From the NCBI GenBank assembly GCA_964650515.1, contig CAZYUB010000005.1, positions 12,304 through 76,303 of the forward strand: DNA of 64,000 bases. The letters run 5' to 3'. The notes beneath the pieces are model-generated. The model was not told the DNA's origin. It did no database searches and saw only the letters and a list, made by a program, of their open reading frames with translations. Position 1 is the stretch's first letter, and each line of letters begins with the position of its first letter. Source of the DNA: an uncultured Planctomycetia bacterium (lineage in GTDB: Bacteria; Omnitrophota; Gorgyraeia; Pluralincolimonadales; Pluralincolimonadaceae). Positions 25,501 through 34,817 of the stretch are shown here, in pieces. Both the position numbers and the translations under genes were made by a program.

Positions 25501-25854
25501 TTCGGGCTCGACAATGACGGGAAGCTCTCGTTCAGCCTCTGCCCGGCGCTCCCGAAGGATATGTTCCTGAAGAAAGACCGGAAGGCCTGTTATTACCTGC
25601 CGGACGGGACGCTCATAGAAGAGACCGTGAAGAAGGGGACCATCAAGTTCATGCTGCTCGGAAGCATTCCCGTGACATATCACAATCCTAAGATGAAAGA
25701 TATATTTGGGGCCGTTGAGGGAAAGGCGCAGGTAAGGTACGAAGTGACGCCGGATGAAGGCAAGACAGGGACTTTTGCCGGAAAGGTCCCCGAGCCGTAT
25801 TCGGCGATGATAAGGGACAGGAAAGTAAAGGAGATAAAAGTCTTCTTTAACTGA
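22555..25854 (+). CDS. Large cytoplasmic GH94-like glycoside phosphorylase, a candidate (alpha/alpha)6-barrel enzyme of the cellobiose/chitobiose/beta-glucan phosphorylase type.
   Basis: 1099 aa with no signal peptide. The segment QGDSNYRDVNQNRRND resembles the GH94 RDSNQD motif. The segment DKPNWYDALNGLPGMFGSS resembles the GH94 catalytic WND(A/C)LN region. The assignment comes from motif memory only. Confidence 0.45.
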   Translation: MGKAPAYKLGQDNEFIIENYNHSKPFSSFLPGIAGLDGIPMWTFYVNRNQAVCSFGIEGKDRSMMEYFPANFAYQLVGSQGFRTFIKIASKGGFVLYEPFRTYENEEPYVPAQTMVINPYSVTLKEEHKRYGLSVEVRYCNVVGKPFPGLIRRLEVRNISGKALKYELIDGMPQVIPFGMDDYSLKRMKYLVKSFSFVENLDGKIPYFHIKTTHEDGPEVAMVRRGHYYACFRPEGKGMELIRPMVDASQIFGMRKDFIFPQAFNVRKKFSYDRKGELTSGEFACAMCYDTGTLGKGKALELTSVAGTVDSLSDVSKVKAAVTADFMEVQLAKNKALIESLMARSLVISEDRRFDRYSSQNFLDNVLRGGLPIPVTDDRSKIFYVYSRKHGDLERDYNQFYTSPTEYSQGDSNYRDVNQNRRNDLFFNPDVGMANIVNYIGLIQLDGFNPHGVGGITYRYKGSPEDLRQLFGSRAGDAAEFFGKPFAPGDLFKFMECNSLKAGMPKEKLLSRVLEKSETIQNSQHIEGYWSDHTFYNLDLIESFLAIYPDRRKELFFGAKLFTFHDSTYVVMPRDEKYVVWDGKPVQLGSVRPDEEKKKMIADRRSDKTLVRKTDGKGDVYRTDLITKLFILAVNKINSIGPDGCGIELETDKPNWYDALNGLPGMFGSSSNETFELKRLISVITDNLGGATLEIPEEVADVVRDSKDVLGGFVEGRLDDFAAWDRLTSLKEEFRKRTKLGIIGRLIPVPAEEINGYLNLAAKRVQAAINKSFDEKSGLFSGYFMNTPVEYDQITYTGADGRETQKLNYKGLPCIKVSRFESKPLPLFLEAQVHALRAEKDPAVAAKLHRNLMKSALVDKELKMFFVNASLAGMPYEIGRTKTFNPGWLENQSIWLHMEYKYMLELLKAGLYDDFFANMKNVLVPFLKPEVYGRSVFENSSFIASSAHPDRKVHGQGFYARLSGSTAEFVHMWLIMMTGGRPFGLDNDGKLSFSLCPALPKDMFLKKDRKACYYLPDGTLIEETVKKGTIKFMLLGSIPVTYHNPKMKDIFGAVEGKAQVRYEVTPDEGKTGTFAGKVPEPYSAMIRDRKVKEIKVFFN

Positions 25855-25867
25855 TACGGAGGATGTC

Positions 25868-28636
25868 GTGGACAAGAAGGTGATATCGTTCGACGGGAAG
25901 AGCATGCTGATCGGCGGCAGGAGGGTCATGCTCTACGGCGGGGAGTTCCATTATTTCCGCGTTCCGCACGAACTCTGGGAAGACCGGCTGCAGAAGATGA
26001 AATCGGCGGGGCTCAACCTCGTCGTGACGTATATACCGTGGAATTTCCATGAGATGAGAGAAGGCGAGTTCCGCTGGGACGGCGACAGGGACCTCGATAA
26101 GTTCATCACGCTTACCCAGAAGTACGGGTTCTACCTGGTCATAAAACCGGGCCCCTATATATGCGCCGAATGGGATTTCGGCGGGTTCCCGGACTGGCTG
26201 CTCGGGAAGAAGATAAACCTGCGCGAGAAGGACCCCGAGTACCTGAAACTGATAGGCAGGTATTATAAGGAAATAGCGGGCATACTGAGGCCGCACCTGA
26301 TAACGAAGGGCGGCAACATAGTGCTGTTCCAGATAGAGAACGAGTACGACCACCTGATAGCGTTCACGGGGATAAAGAGGTATAAGGAAGGCGCGCTCGA
26401 GTACCACCTGAAGCTCCTCGACATGGCGAAGAAGGAAGGAATAGACGTGCCTACGTTCACCGTAGAGGGCAGCTTCCTCAGGAAGAGCGAGATAATCGAC
26501 GCGCGGACCTATTACCCGAACATCCCGTGGATATGGCTCTGGGAGTTCGACGATTTCGACAGGGTCATAAACGAGTCGGTCGCCCAGCAGCCCGGCAAGC
26601 CGCTCATGATAATGGAGCTCGAGACCGGATGGTTCGCGCAGTTCGGCAAGCCCCTCTACCAGATAGAGCCCGAGGTCACGCGCGCGATACTTCGCACGGT
26701 CATCGTCGAGGGCGCGTCGGTGATGAACCATTTCATGTTCGTCGGCGGCACGACGTTCCCGTACTGGAACTGCAAGGGCGATTACGGCGGGATAGGCACA
26801 TGCACTACCTACGACTTCGGCCATTCGCCGGTGAGGGAATGGGGCGAGGTCTCGCCGACTAAATACCATATGGCGCGCAATACCGCGCAATTCCTCGATT
26901 CGTTCGAGGAAGAGCTCTTCGAGTCGGACAAGAAAGAAGGCGACGCGAGGTTCGCGAAGGGCGGCGAGGCCGTCGCGCTCGTCGACGGCAGGAAGGCCGG
27001 GCTCAGGCCCGACTTCTCGGGGACCTTCGAGAACGTGAAGGCCGTAGAGAGGTACGGCAGGAAGGGCGGCTTCCTGATGGTCCGCAACCTGACAGAGGAC
27101 ACGCACAAGACGCGCGTCGCCTATTATTCGCCAGTTGAAAAGAAGGAGATGGTCCTCCCGTCCGCGCAGGACCTGAAACTCGCCCCGAGGTCCTCGTTCC
27201 TCTTCCCGGTGGATATAACTGTCGGCGACGATGTGATGATACGCTACTCGACATGCGAGCTCCTGCTGAAGAAGAAGATAGGCGGCCGCGAGTTCGTGTT
27301 CCTTTCCGGCAGGCCCGAGATCGACGGCGAGACGCTCATTAGGTGCGGGAAGGCGAAGCCGGAGATAATAGAAGGCAAGTTCGGGATAAGCAAAGCCAGG
27401 GGCGGCTATCTCATCGAGAACGATAACGAAGGGACCCGCATCGTCAGGATAGGCGGCGTATTCCTCGTCTTCCTCGACGACAGGACCGCCGCCAAGGTGT
27501 GGGACAAGGACGGCGCGGTCGCAATAAGCGACTACTATTACATCGAGGACTTCCTCGCGGACGGCAGGTCGATCGACATAAACGCGCAGGTCAAGAACGG
27601 CTGCAACCAGCGCACGAGGATATTCTGCGGCTTCGTTCCCAAGTCGGTGGCGATAAACGGCGAGCCGGCAGCGTTCAAATGCGACAAGGCGACGGGATCG
27701 GTGTCGTTCGACTACGATTGCGCGGTCGAGGAACTGCCGAAGATAACATGGCTCGACGCGCCGCGGTTCATCTCCGACGTCGAGGAGAAGGAGGAGGGCT
27801 TTGACGATTCCTCCTGGAAGGCGATAAAGCTCACGGATTCGCTCGAACAGGCCGGGTTGCTTGAGCACGGTTTCGTATGGTACAGGCAGAAGTTCAAGCT
27901 TAAGGCCAGGCCTTCCGAATGCAGGATAAAGATTGAGGCCAACGGCATGGACAGGCTCTACGTCTATGTCAACGGCAGGTTCGTCTGGCGCGGAATCGAG
28001 TGCCGCGAGATCGAAATCTCCGCGTTCGTCAAAAAGGGGACTAACCAGCTCGCGGTCAGGTATGAGAACGCATACCATACGAAAGCCCACCCGCACGAGG
28101 GCGCGATAAAGAAATACAGCGGCATACTGAAACCCGTAAAGATATCCGGGAGGATATCCGGCAAGGACTTCAGCATCGCGATCGCGGGCATGCTCGTGCG
28201 CGAGAAGGCCGGCGGGCTCATCAAGGGATACCACGAGCCTGACTGCAACGAGGCGCAATGGAAGAAGACCCATGCCGCGAGGAAGTACGTCTTCTCGGAG
28301 GAGATGGGCGAGCTCGTGTGGTACAGGAGGAAGTTCAGGTTCCTGCCGCGCAAGGGCGGTGTCTGCGCGCTTAAACTGACCGTAGATTACGCGTTCGAGC
28401 GGTGTATAATCTACCTGAACGGCAAGGCGCTCGGAAAATACGAATCGGTCGGCCCGCAGAACGATTTTTACATACCCGACTCGTTCCTGCGCGACGACAA
28501 TACCGTCGCGATATTGGTCGAGGGGCCCGGTTTCCATCCTGTCAAAGAATCCGGCTTCGTTCCGCCGGTGCTGAAGGATCCGAAGATCGGGTTCTATTAT
28601 ACGGCCAAGAAGATAATCGCCAGGGTCTCCTCCTGA
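25868..28636 (+). CDS. GH35-family beta-galactosidase.
   Basis: The N-terminal GH35 signature reads GGEFHYFRVPHELWEDRLQKMKSAGLNLVVTYIPWNFHE. The acid/base motif is QIENEYD. The 922-aa protein has C-terminal beta-sandwich domains. Confidence 0.85.
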   Translation: MDKKVISFDGKSMLIGGRRVMLYGGEFHYFRVPHELWEDRLQKMKSAGLNLVVTYIPWNFHEMREGEFRWDGDRDLDKFITLTQKYGFYLVIKPGPYICAEWDFGGFPDWLLGKKINLREKDPEYLKLIGRYYKEIAGILRPHLITKGGNIVLFQIENEYDHLIAFTGIKRYKEGALEYHLKLLDMAKKEGIDVPTFTVEGSFLRKSEIIDARTYYPNIPWIWLWEFDDFDRVINESVAQQPGKPLMIMELETGWFAQFGKPLYQIEPEVTRAILRTVIVEGASVMNHFMFVGGTTFPYWNCKGDYGGIGTCTTYDFGHSPVREWGEVSPTKYHMARNTAQFLDSFEEELFESDKKEGDARFAKGGEAVALVDGRKAGLRPDFSGTFENVKAVERYGRKGGFLMVRNLTEDTHKTRVAYYSPVEKKEMVLPSAQDLKLAPRSSFLFPVDITVGDDVMIRYSTCELLLKKKIGGREFVFLSGRPEIDGETLIRCGKAKPEIIEGKFGISKARGGYLIENDNEGTRIVRIGGVFLVFLDDRTAAKVWDKDGAVAISDYYYIEDFLADGRSIDINAQVKNGCNQRTRIFCGFVPKSVAINGEPAAFKCDKATGSVSFDYDCAVEELPKITWLDAPRFISDVEEKEEGFDDSSWKAIKLTDSLEQAGLLEHGFVWYRQKFKLKARPSECRIKIEANGMDRLYVYVNGRFVWRGIECREIEISAFVKKGTNQLAVRYENAYHTKAHPHEGAIKKYSGILKPVKISGRISGKDFSIAIAGMLVREKAGGLIKGYHEPDCNEAQWKKTHAARKYVFSEEMGELVWYRRKFRFLPRKGGVCALKLTVDYAFERCIIYLNGKALGKYESVGPQNDFYIPDSFLRDDNTVAILVEGPGFHPVKESGFVPPVLKDPKIGFYYTAKKIIARVSS

Positions 28637-28652
28637 CAACTATGATGACATA

Positions 28653-28680
28653 TTGACAAGGGCAGCGTTTATGATATAAC
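28653..28680 (+). promoter_or_regulatory. Possible promoter: TTGACA (28653-28658), a 16-nt spacer, then TGaTATAAC (extended -10, 28672-28680).
   Basis: Read from the sequence. It sits between the GH35 stop and the hairpin upstream of gltB. Confidence 0.3.
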
Positions 28681-28711
28681 TTAACTGCCTAAAACGGATT
28701 AGGACAAGACG

Positions 28712-28753
28712 AAGGCGTCTTCTATATATTCGATGTAGAAGACGCCTTTTTTA
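28712..28753 (+). terminator. Strong rho-independent terminator-like hairpin: a 13-bp perfect stem (AAGGCGTCTTCTA / TAGAAGACGCCTT), an 11-nt loop, then a T-tract.
   Basis: Bases 28712-28724 pair with 28736-28748, followed by TTTTTA. It lies 75 nt after the GH35 stop and only 17 nt before the gltB ATG. Confidence 0.7.
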
Positions 28754-28769
28754 TCAATTGGTTAAACAT

Positions 28770-31700
28770 ATGGCAAAGAAGAGCACAGGCAGGGCATATC
28801 CCGGGCATTTGCCCGCGAGGCAGGGGTTATACGACCCGCAGTTCGAGCACGACAGCTGCGGTGTCGGGTTCGTCTGCGATATAAAGGGGCGTAAGTCGCA
28901 CGATACCGTCGAGAAAGGCATCCTCGCGCTCGAGCACCTTATGCACCGGGGAGCCACCGGCTCCGATCCGGATACCGGCGACGGCGCGGGCGTGTTGATA
29001 CAGATACCCCACGGGTTCTTCGCGAAGGAATGCCGTAAGGAGGGCATAGACCTTCCGCCGGAGGGTGATTACGGCGCGGGTATTGTATTCCTTCCGGTCG
29101 ACGGGAAGAAGAGGAAGGCTTGCGAGGACGCGTTCAAAAAGATCGCCGAGGAAGAAGGGCTGTCGCTGCTCGGATGGCGCGACGTCCCGGTAGACGATTC
29201 CATGATAGGAAAGACCGCGCGCGACACGGAGCCGTTCATCAGGCAGGTGTTTGTCGGCAGGCCCGGGAGCGTCCCCGCTGGGCTGGCTTTCGAGAGGAAG
29301 CTTTACGTCGTGAGGAGGCGCGCCGAGAAGGACTGCTATATTACGGGCCTCTCGAGCCGGACGATATGCTATAAGGGCCTGCTTAAGTCGACGCAGCTCA
29401 AAGGATATTTCCCCGACCTCAACGACGGAAACGTCACGAGCGCCTTCGCGTTGATACACGCGCGCTACAGCACGAACACTTTCCCGACCTGGGACCTTTC
29501 CCAGCCGTTCCGTTTCATGGCCCATAACGGCGAGATAAATACATTGCGCGGCAACATCAACTGGATGGCCGCGAGGCAGGGGTTATTCAAGAGCGACGCT
29601 TTCGGCAGCGACATGAGGAAGATATTGCCGGTCATCGTCCCCGGCGGGAGCGATTCCGCGATGATCGATAATACGCTCGAGATGCTCGTGTTGAGCGGAA
29701 GGCCGCTACCGCATGTGATGATGATGCTGATCCCCGAGGCGTGGCAGGGAAACAACCAGATAGACGAGGACAGGAAGCATTTTTATGAATACCACGCGTG
29801 CCTCATGGAGCCCTGGGACGGCCCCGCGGCGATCGCCTTCACCGACGGCAAGCTCGTCGGCGCGATACTCGACCGCAACGGTTTGAGGCCTGCGCGCTAT
29901 GTCATAACAAAGGGCGGGCTCGTCGTGATGGCGTCGGAAGCCGGCGTCCTCGATATCCCAGCGGAGGAGATAGCTGTCAACGGCCGGCTCCAGCCGGGCA
30001 AGATGTTCCTTATCGATACCGCAGCCGGAAGGATAATCGAGGACAGCGAGATCAAGGCGGGCATGGCGTCCTCGCAGCCGTACGGCAGGTGGCTCGAGGA
30101 GAACATGGAGAAGCTATCAGACCTGCCTTTCCCGCACACTTATAAGGTCTGGCACGAGAAGGACCTTGCCGCGGCGCAGAAGGCCTTCGGCTATTCGAAG
30201 GAGGACCTGCGCAGGATCATAAAGCCGATGGCCGGCGACGGCAACGAGCCCACGGGTTCCATGGGCGACGACACGCCGCTCGCGGTCCTGTCGACGCGGC
30301 CCAGGATGCTCTACGATTATTTCAAGCAGCTCTTCGCGCAGGTCACGAACCCGCCGATAGACCCTATACGCGAGGAGCTGGTAATGACGCTCAACACGTA
30401 CCTCGGCCGCGAGAAGAACCTGCTCGAAGAGACGCCCGACCATTGCCACCGGCTGAAGGTCAATAACCCGATACTTACCAACATAGACCTCGAGAAGATA
30501 CGCGGTATCCGCAACAGGACCTTCAAGACGAAGACCATAACCACGCTCTTCGAGGCGTCCGGGACGAAGGCCGCCCTCAAGAAAGCGCTCGACAGGATAT
30601 GTAAGGAAGCGTCCGCCGCGATAAAGGCCGGTTATACTTTCATAATATTGAGCGACAGGGGCGTCGACGAAAAACATGCCGCGCTTCCCGCGCTGCTCGC
30701 GTGCGGAGCCGTGCACCATCACCTGATACGCGCGCAGGCGCGCACCCGGGCCAGCATAATCATCGAGAGCGGCGAGCCGCGCGAGGTCGCGCATTTCGCG
30801 CTGCTCTTCGGATACGGCGCGGACTGCATAAACCCTTACCTCGCGTACGAGACGATCGAACAGATGATAAGGGACAAGGACCTGATAATCGCGTTCCCCG
30901 ACCCGGAACTCGCCTCGAGCACCGCGCGCAAGAATTATATAGACGCCGTAAACCACGGCCTGCTAAAGATCCTGTCCAAGATGGGCATCTCTACGCTGCA
31001 GAGCTACCGCGGAGCTCAGATATTCGAGGCGGTCGGCCTAGACAGGCAGCTGATAGACAGATGTTTCAGCGGCACCGTCTCGCGTATCGAAGGCATAGGC
31101 CTCGACGAGATAGCGCAGGAGGTCATAAAGAGGCACGCTGGCGCGTTCTCAGGCATGGCAGCTGCGCTGTTAAACGGCGGAATCTACCAGTGGAGGCGTG
31201 ACGGTGAATCGCATCTCTGGAACCCGGAATCGATAGCGGCGCTGCAGGATGCCGCGCGCAATAACGACGCTACCGCCTATAAGAGATTTTCGGAACTGAT
31301 AAATAACCAGGCAGGGTACCTGACGACCCTGCGCGGCATGATGAAATTCACCCCGTCGTCCGCGACACGCCCTGTCCCGATAGAAGAGGTCGAACCGGCA
31401 TCTGAGATACTGAAGCGTTTCGTGACGGGCGCCATGAGCTTCGGCTCCATAAGCAGGGGCGCGCACGAGACGATGGCGCTGACGATGAACCGCATCGGCG
31501 GGAGATCAAATTCCGGCGAGGGCGGCGAGGACCCCGCGCGCTACAAGCCGCTGCCCGGCGGCAGCAGCATACGCTCCGCGACCAAGCAGGTCGCGTCCGG
31601 AAGGTTCGGTGTCACGATAAATTACCTTGCCAATGCGGACGAGCTCCAGATAAAGATAGCACAAGGAGCTAAACCCGGAGAGGGCGGCCAGCTGCCGGGG

Positions 31701-33317
31701 CACAAGGTCAGCGAGACGATCGCGAAAGTGCGCCATTCGACGCCCGGCGTCACGCTGATATCGCCTCCGCCGCACCATGACATATATTCAATCGAGGACC
31801 TCGCGCAACTGATATTCGACCTGAAGAACGCGAACCCCCGAGCGCGCATCAGCGTAAAGCTCGTTTCGGAGATCGGCGTAGGGACCATCGCGGCAGGTGT
31901 CGCGAAGGGCCACGCGGACATGATATTGATATCCGGCGGCGACGGCGGCACCGGCGCCTCGCCGTTGAGCTCGATAAAACATGCTGGCGTGCCGTGGGAG
32001 CTCGGGCTGTCCGAGACGCACCAGACGCTCGTCCTTAACGACCTCAGGAGCCGCGTGCGCCTGCAGACCGACGGCCAGCTCAGGACCGGGCGGGATGTAG
32101 TCATCGCGGCGATGCTCGGTGCGGAAGAGTTCGGTTTCGCGACCGCGGCGCTTATCGTGATGGGATGCGTCATGCTGAGGCACTGCCACCTGAACAACTG
32201 CTCGGTCGGCGTCGCGACGCAGGACGAGGAACTCGGGAAGCGTTTCGCCGGCAAGACGGAACACCTCGAAGCATATTTCCGTTTCGTCGCCGAAGAAGTG
32301 CGGACTATAATGTCCGGGTTGGGGGTCCGCAAGCTCGATGAACTGGTGGGCCGCACGGAGCTGCTCGATATAAATACGGATATCCTGAACTGGAAGGCGA
32401 GGAAGGTCGACCTTTCGAAGATATTATACAAGCCGGAGGTCCCCGCCTACGTAAAGACGCGCTGCTCGACCAGGCAGAACCACGGCATAGACGCCATACT
32501 TGACCTGAGGCTTATCGAGGCCGCTAAGCCCGCGCTCGAAAGAAAAGAGCGCGTGAAAGCTTCTTTTGATATCAGCAACACGGACAGGACCGTCGGCGCC
32601 ATGTTAAGCGGCGAGGTAGCCCGCCGTTACGGCGACGAAGGATTGCCCGACGGGACCGTGCATTATAAATTCACCGGGACCGCGGGACAGAGTTTCGGCG
32701 CGTTCCTCGCGAAGGGCGTGACGCTGGAGGTCGAAGGCCAGGCGAACGATTATGTCGGCAAGGGGATGTCGGGAGGAAGGGTGATCGTCTATCCGCCCAA
32801 GCATGCGGGATTCGAGCCGTCCGAGAACATCATAATCGGCAATACGACATTTTACGGCGCCACGTCGGGCGAAGCGTATATACGCGGCATGGCCGGCGAA
32901 AGGTTCTGCATCCGCAACTCGGGCGCTTACGCGGTCGTCGAAGGCGTCGGAGACCACGGCTGCGAATACATGACCGGCGGGCGCGTCTTCATCCTCGGGA
33001 AGACCGGGCGCAATTTCGCGGCGGGCATGTCCGGAGGCATCGCGTATGTCTACGACGAGGACCGCAATTTCAGATCGAGGTGCAATATGGGCATGGTCGC
33101 GTTCGAGCCGCTGACCGGCGAGGACAAGGCGGCAATAGAGCGCCTGCTTTCGGACCACTATAAATACACCCAGAGCGCGAAGGCCAAAGAAGTGCTCGAT
33201 GACATCGGCAACATGCTGAAGCATATAGTGAAGGTCATGCCGATAGAATACAAGCGCGCGCTGGAAGGCAGGACGATGAGGAAGGACGTGCTGTTCGAAG
33301 AGGTGAGCGATGGCTGA
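28770..33317 (+). CDS. gltB: Glutamate synthase large subunit.
   Basis: It has the N-terminal amidotransferase region (EHDSCGVGFV), the FMN and [3Fe-4S] domains, and the C-terminal GXGXG domain. The ATG at 28770 was chosen over the TTG at 28758 used by the ORF track. Confidence 0.9.
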   Translation: MAKKSTGRAYPGHLPARQGLYDPQFEHDSCGVGFVCDIKGRKSHDTVEKGILALEHLMHRGATGSDPDTGDGAGVLIQIPHGFFAKECRKEGIDLPPEGDYGAGIVFLPVDGKKRKACEDAFKKIAEEEGLSLLGWRDVPVDDSMIGKTARDTEPFIRQVFVGRPGSVPAGLAFERKLYVVRRRAEKDCYITGLSSRTICYKGLLKSTQLKGYFPDLNDGNVTSAFALIHARYSTNTFPTWDLSQPFRFMAHNGEINTLRGNINWMAARQGLFKSDAFGSDMRKILPVIVPGGSDSAMIDNTLEMLVLSGRPLPHVMMMLIPEAWQGNNQIDEDRKHFYEYHACLMEPWDGPAAIAFTDGKLVGAILDRNGLRPARYVITKGGLVVMASEAGVLDIPAEEIAVNGRLQPGKMFLIDTAAGRIIEDSEIKAGMASSQPYGRWLEENMEKLSDLPFPHTYKVWHEKDLAAAQKAFGYSKEDLRRIIKPMAGDGNEPTGSMGDDTPLAVLSTRPRMLYDYFKQLFAQVTNPPIDPIREELVMTLNTYLGREKNLLEETPDHCHRLKVNNPILTNIDLEKIRGIRNRTFKTKTITTLFEASGTKAALKKALDRICKEASAAIKAGYTFIILSDRGVDEKHAALPALLACGAVHHHLIRAQARTRASIIIESGEPREVAHFALLFGYGADCINPYLAYETIEQMIRDKDLIIAFPDPELASSTARKNYIDAVNHGLLKILSKMGISTLQSYRGAQIFEAVGLDRQLIDRCFSGTVSRIEGIGLDEIAQEVIKRHAGAFSGMAAALLNGGIYQWRRDGESHLWNPESIAALQDAARNNDATAYKRFSELINNQAGYLTTLRGMMKFTPSSATRPVPIEEVEPASEILKRFVTGAMSFGSISRGAHETMALTMNRIGGRSNSGEGGEDPARYKPLPGGSSIRSATKQVASGRFGVTINYLANADELQIKIAQGAKPGEGGQLPGHKVSETIAKVRHSTPGVTLISPPPHHDIYSIEDLAQLIFDLKNANPRARISVKLVSEIGVGTIAAGVAKGHADMILISGGDGGTGASPLSSIKHAGVPWELGLSETHQTLVLNDLRSRVRLQTDGQLRTGRDVVIAAMLGAEEFGFATAALIVMGCVMLRHCHLNNCSVGVATQDEELGKRFAGKTEHLEAYFRFVAEEVRTIMSGLGVRKLDELVGRTELLDINTDILNWKARKVDLSKILYKPEVPAYVKTRCSTRQNHGIDAILDLRLIEAAKPALERKERVKASFDISNTDRTVGAMLSGEVARRYGDEGLPDGTVHYKFTGTAGQSFGAFLAKGVTLEVEGQANDYVGKGMSGGRVIVYPPKHAGFEPSENIIIGNTTFYGATSGEAYIRGMAGERFCIRNSGAYAVVEGVGDHGCEYMTGGRVFILGKTGRNFAAGMSGGIAYVYDEDRNFRSRCNMGMVAFEPLTGEDKAAIERLLSDHYKYTQSAKAKEVLDDIGNMLKHIVKVMPIEYKRALEGRTMRKDVLFEEVSDG

Positions 33318-34749
33318 TACGAAGAGATTCCTCAAGATAAAGCGCGAGACCGCGCCTTACCGCGCCGTATGCGAGCGCGTGAAGGATTACAAGGAAGTCG
33401 CCGTCCTGCGTCCCGACGATAAGTCGCAGGAGCAGGGATCGCGCTGCATGGATTGCGGCGTACCGTTCTGCCATTGGGGATGCCCTATCGGCAATTATAT
33501 TCCCGAGTGGAACGACCTCATGTTCCGCGGGCAATGGAAGAAAGCCGTCGAATCGCTGCACGCGACGAATAATCTTCCCGAGATAACCGGGCGCCTCTGC
33601 CCGGCGCTCTGCGAGTTCTCCTGCGTGCTCGGGATAAACGACGACCCGATAACTATCCGCGAGAACGAGCTGGCGATAATCGAGCACGCGTTCAGGGAAG
33701 GATGGATAAGGCCCGAACCGCCTAAGAAACGCACCGGAAAGAAGGTAGCCGTGATAGGTTCGGGGCCCGCGGGGCTCGCGTGCGCCGACCAGCTCAACAA
33801 AGCGGGGCACAAGGTCACCGTATTCGAGAAGGACGACAAGCCGGGCGGGATACTGCGCTACGGCATACCCGATTTCAAGCTCGATAAATCCGTCATCGAC
33901 CGCAGGATAAAGATATTCAGGAAGGAAGGCATAGAGTTCAAGACCTCGACGGACGTCGGGGCGGATTATAAGGTGTCCAAGCTGAAGAAGGATTTCGACG
34001 CGGTCTGCCTGACATCGGGAAGCCGTTTCCCGAGAGACCTCAAGATACCGGGCCGCGAGCTCAAAGGGATATATTTCGCGATGGATTACCTGATCCAGTC
34101 GAACAGGAAGACGGCCGGCCAGAAGGTCCCGCCGGCAAGAATGATTGACGCGAAAGGCAAGAAGGTCGTCGTGATCGGCGGAGGCGATACGGGTTCGGAT
34201 TGCGTAGGCACCGCGCACAGGCAGGGTGCCGCGTGCGTGGTCCAGATAGAGCTTCTCCCGCAGCCGCCCGAATGCCGCACCAAGGACTGCCCGTGGCCGA
34301 GATACCCGATGTTGTTAAAGACCTCGTCGAGCCATCACGAGGGAGGGGAAAGGCGCTGGGCCGTCTCGACAAAGGAATTCAAGGGCGAAAAAGGCGTGGT
34401 TAAGAAACTTTCCTGCGTTAAGGTCGATATCGGCAAGGACGATAAGGGCCGCATGCTCATAAAGGATATCCCGGGCACCGCGTTCGATATAGAGACCGAT
34501 ATGGTCGTGTTAGCCCTCGGTTTCATCTATCCCGAGAAGGGCCTGATATCACAGCTAGGGGTCGAGCTTGACCCGCGGGGCAACGTCAGGGCCGACGAAC
34601 ATTACCTTACCTCGGTCAAGGACGTCTTCGCCGCCGGCGACATGCGCAGGGGGCAGTCCCTGATCGTCTGGGCCATCTCCGAAGGCCGCCGCGCCGCGCA
34701 CTCGATCGACAAATACCTCATGGGTTCCACCCGCCTGCCGTCCCTGTAG
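33310..34749 (+). CDS. gltD: Glutamate synthase small (NADPH) subunit.
   Basis: Cys-rich Fe-S motifs (CMDCGVPFCH..GCP), the FAD/NAD Rossmann motifs VAVIGSGPAGLA and VVVIGGGDTGSD. It overlaps the gltB stop. Confidence 0.9.
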   Translation: MADTKRFLKIKRETAPYRAVCERVKDYKEVAVLRPDDKSQEQGSRCMDCGVPFCHWGCPIGNYIPEWNDLMFRGQWKKAVESLHATNNLPEITGRLCPALCEFSCVLGINDDPITIRENELAIIEHAFREGWIRPEPPKKRTGKKVAVIGSGPAGLACADQLNKAGHKVTVFEKDDKPGGILRYGIPDFKLDKSVIDRRIKIFRKEGIEFKTSTDVGADYKVSKLKKDFDAVCLTSGSRFPRDLKIPGRELKGIYFAMDYLIQSNRKTAGQKVPPARMIDAKGKKVVVIGGGDTGSDCVGTAHRQGAACVVQIELLPQPPECRTKDCPWPRYPMLLKTSSSHHEGGERRWAVSTKEFKGEKGVVKKLSCVKVDIGKDDKGRMLIKDIPGTAFDIETDMVVLALGFIYPEKGLISQLGVELDPRGNVRADEHYLTSVKDVFAAGDMRRGQSLIVWAISEGRRAAHSIDKYLMGSTRLPSL

Positions 34750-34768
34750 GGCTTCCCTGTTTTTGTGC

Positions 34769-34796
34769 TTGAAATGCCGGGCCTAAGGCATATAAT
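34769..34796 (+). promoter_or_regulatory. Sigma70-type promoter: TTGAAA (34769-34774), a 16-nt spacer, then TATAAT (34791-34796).
   Basis: Read from the sequence. The GGAGG RBS at 34808-34812 and the ATG at 34818 follow. Confidence 0.5.
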
Positions 34797-34817
34797 GATA
34801 TACATCACGGAGGCGAA

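Noticed and set aside
25847-28639. A 930-aa ORF on the minus strand.
   Set aside because: It is fully antisense to the well-supported GH35 beta-galactosidase gene. The translation is Arg/Pro/Ala/Leu-rich low-complexity sequence with no recognisable domain. This is a typical stop-codon-poor antisense frame in 60% GC DNA.
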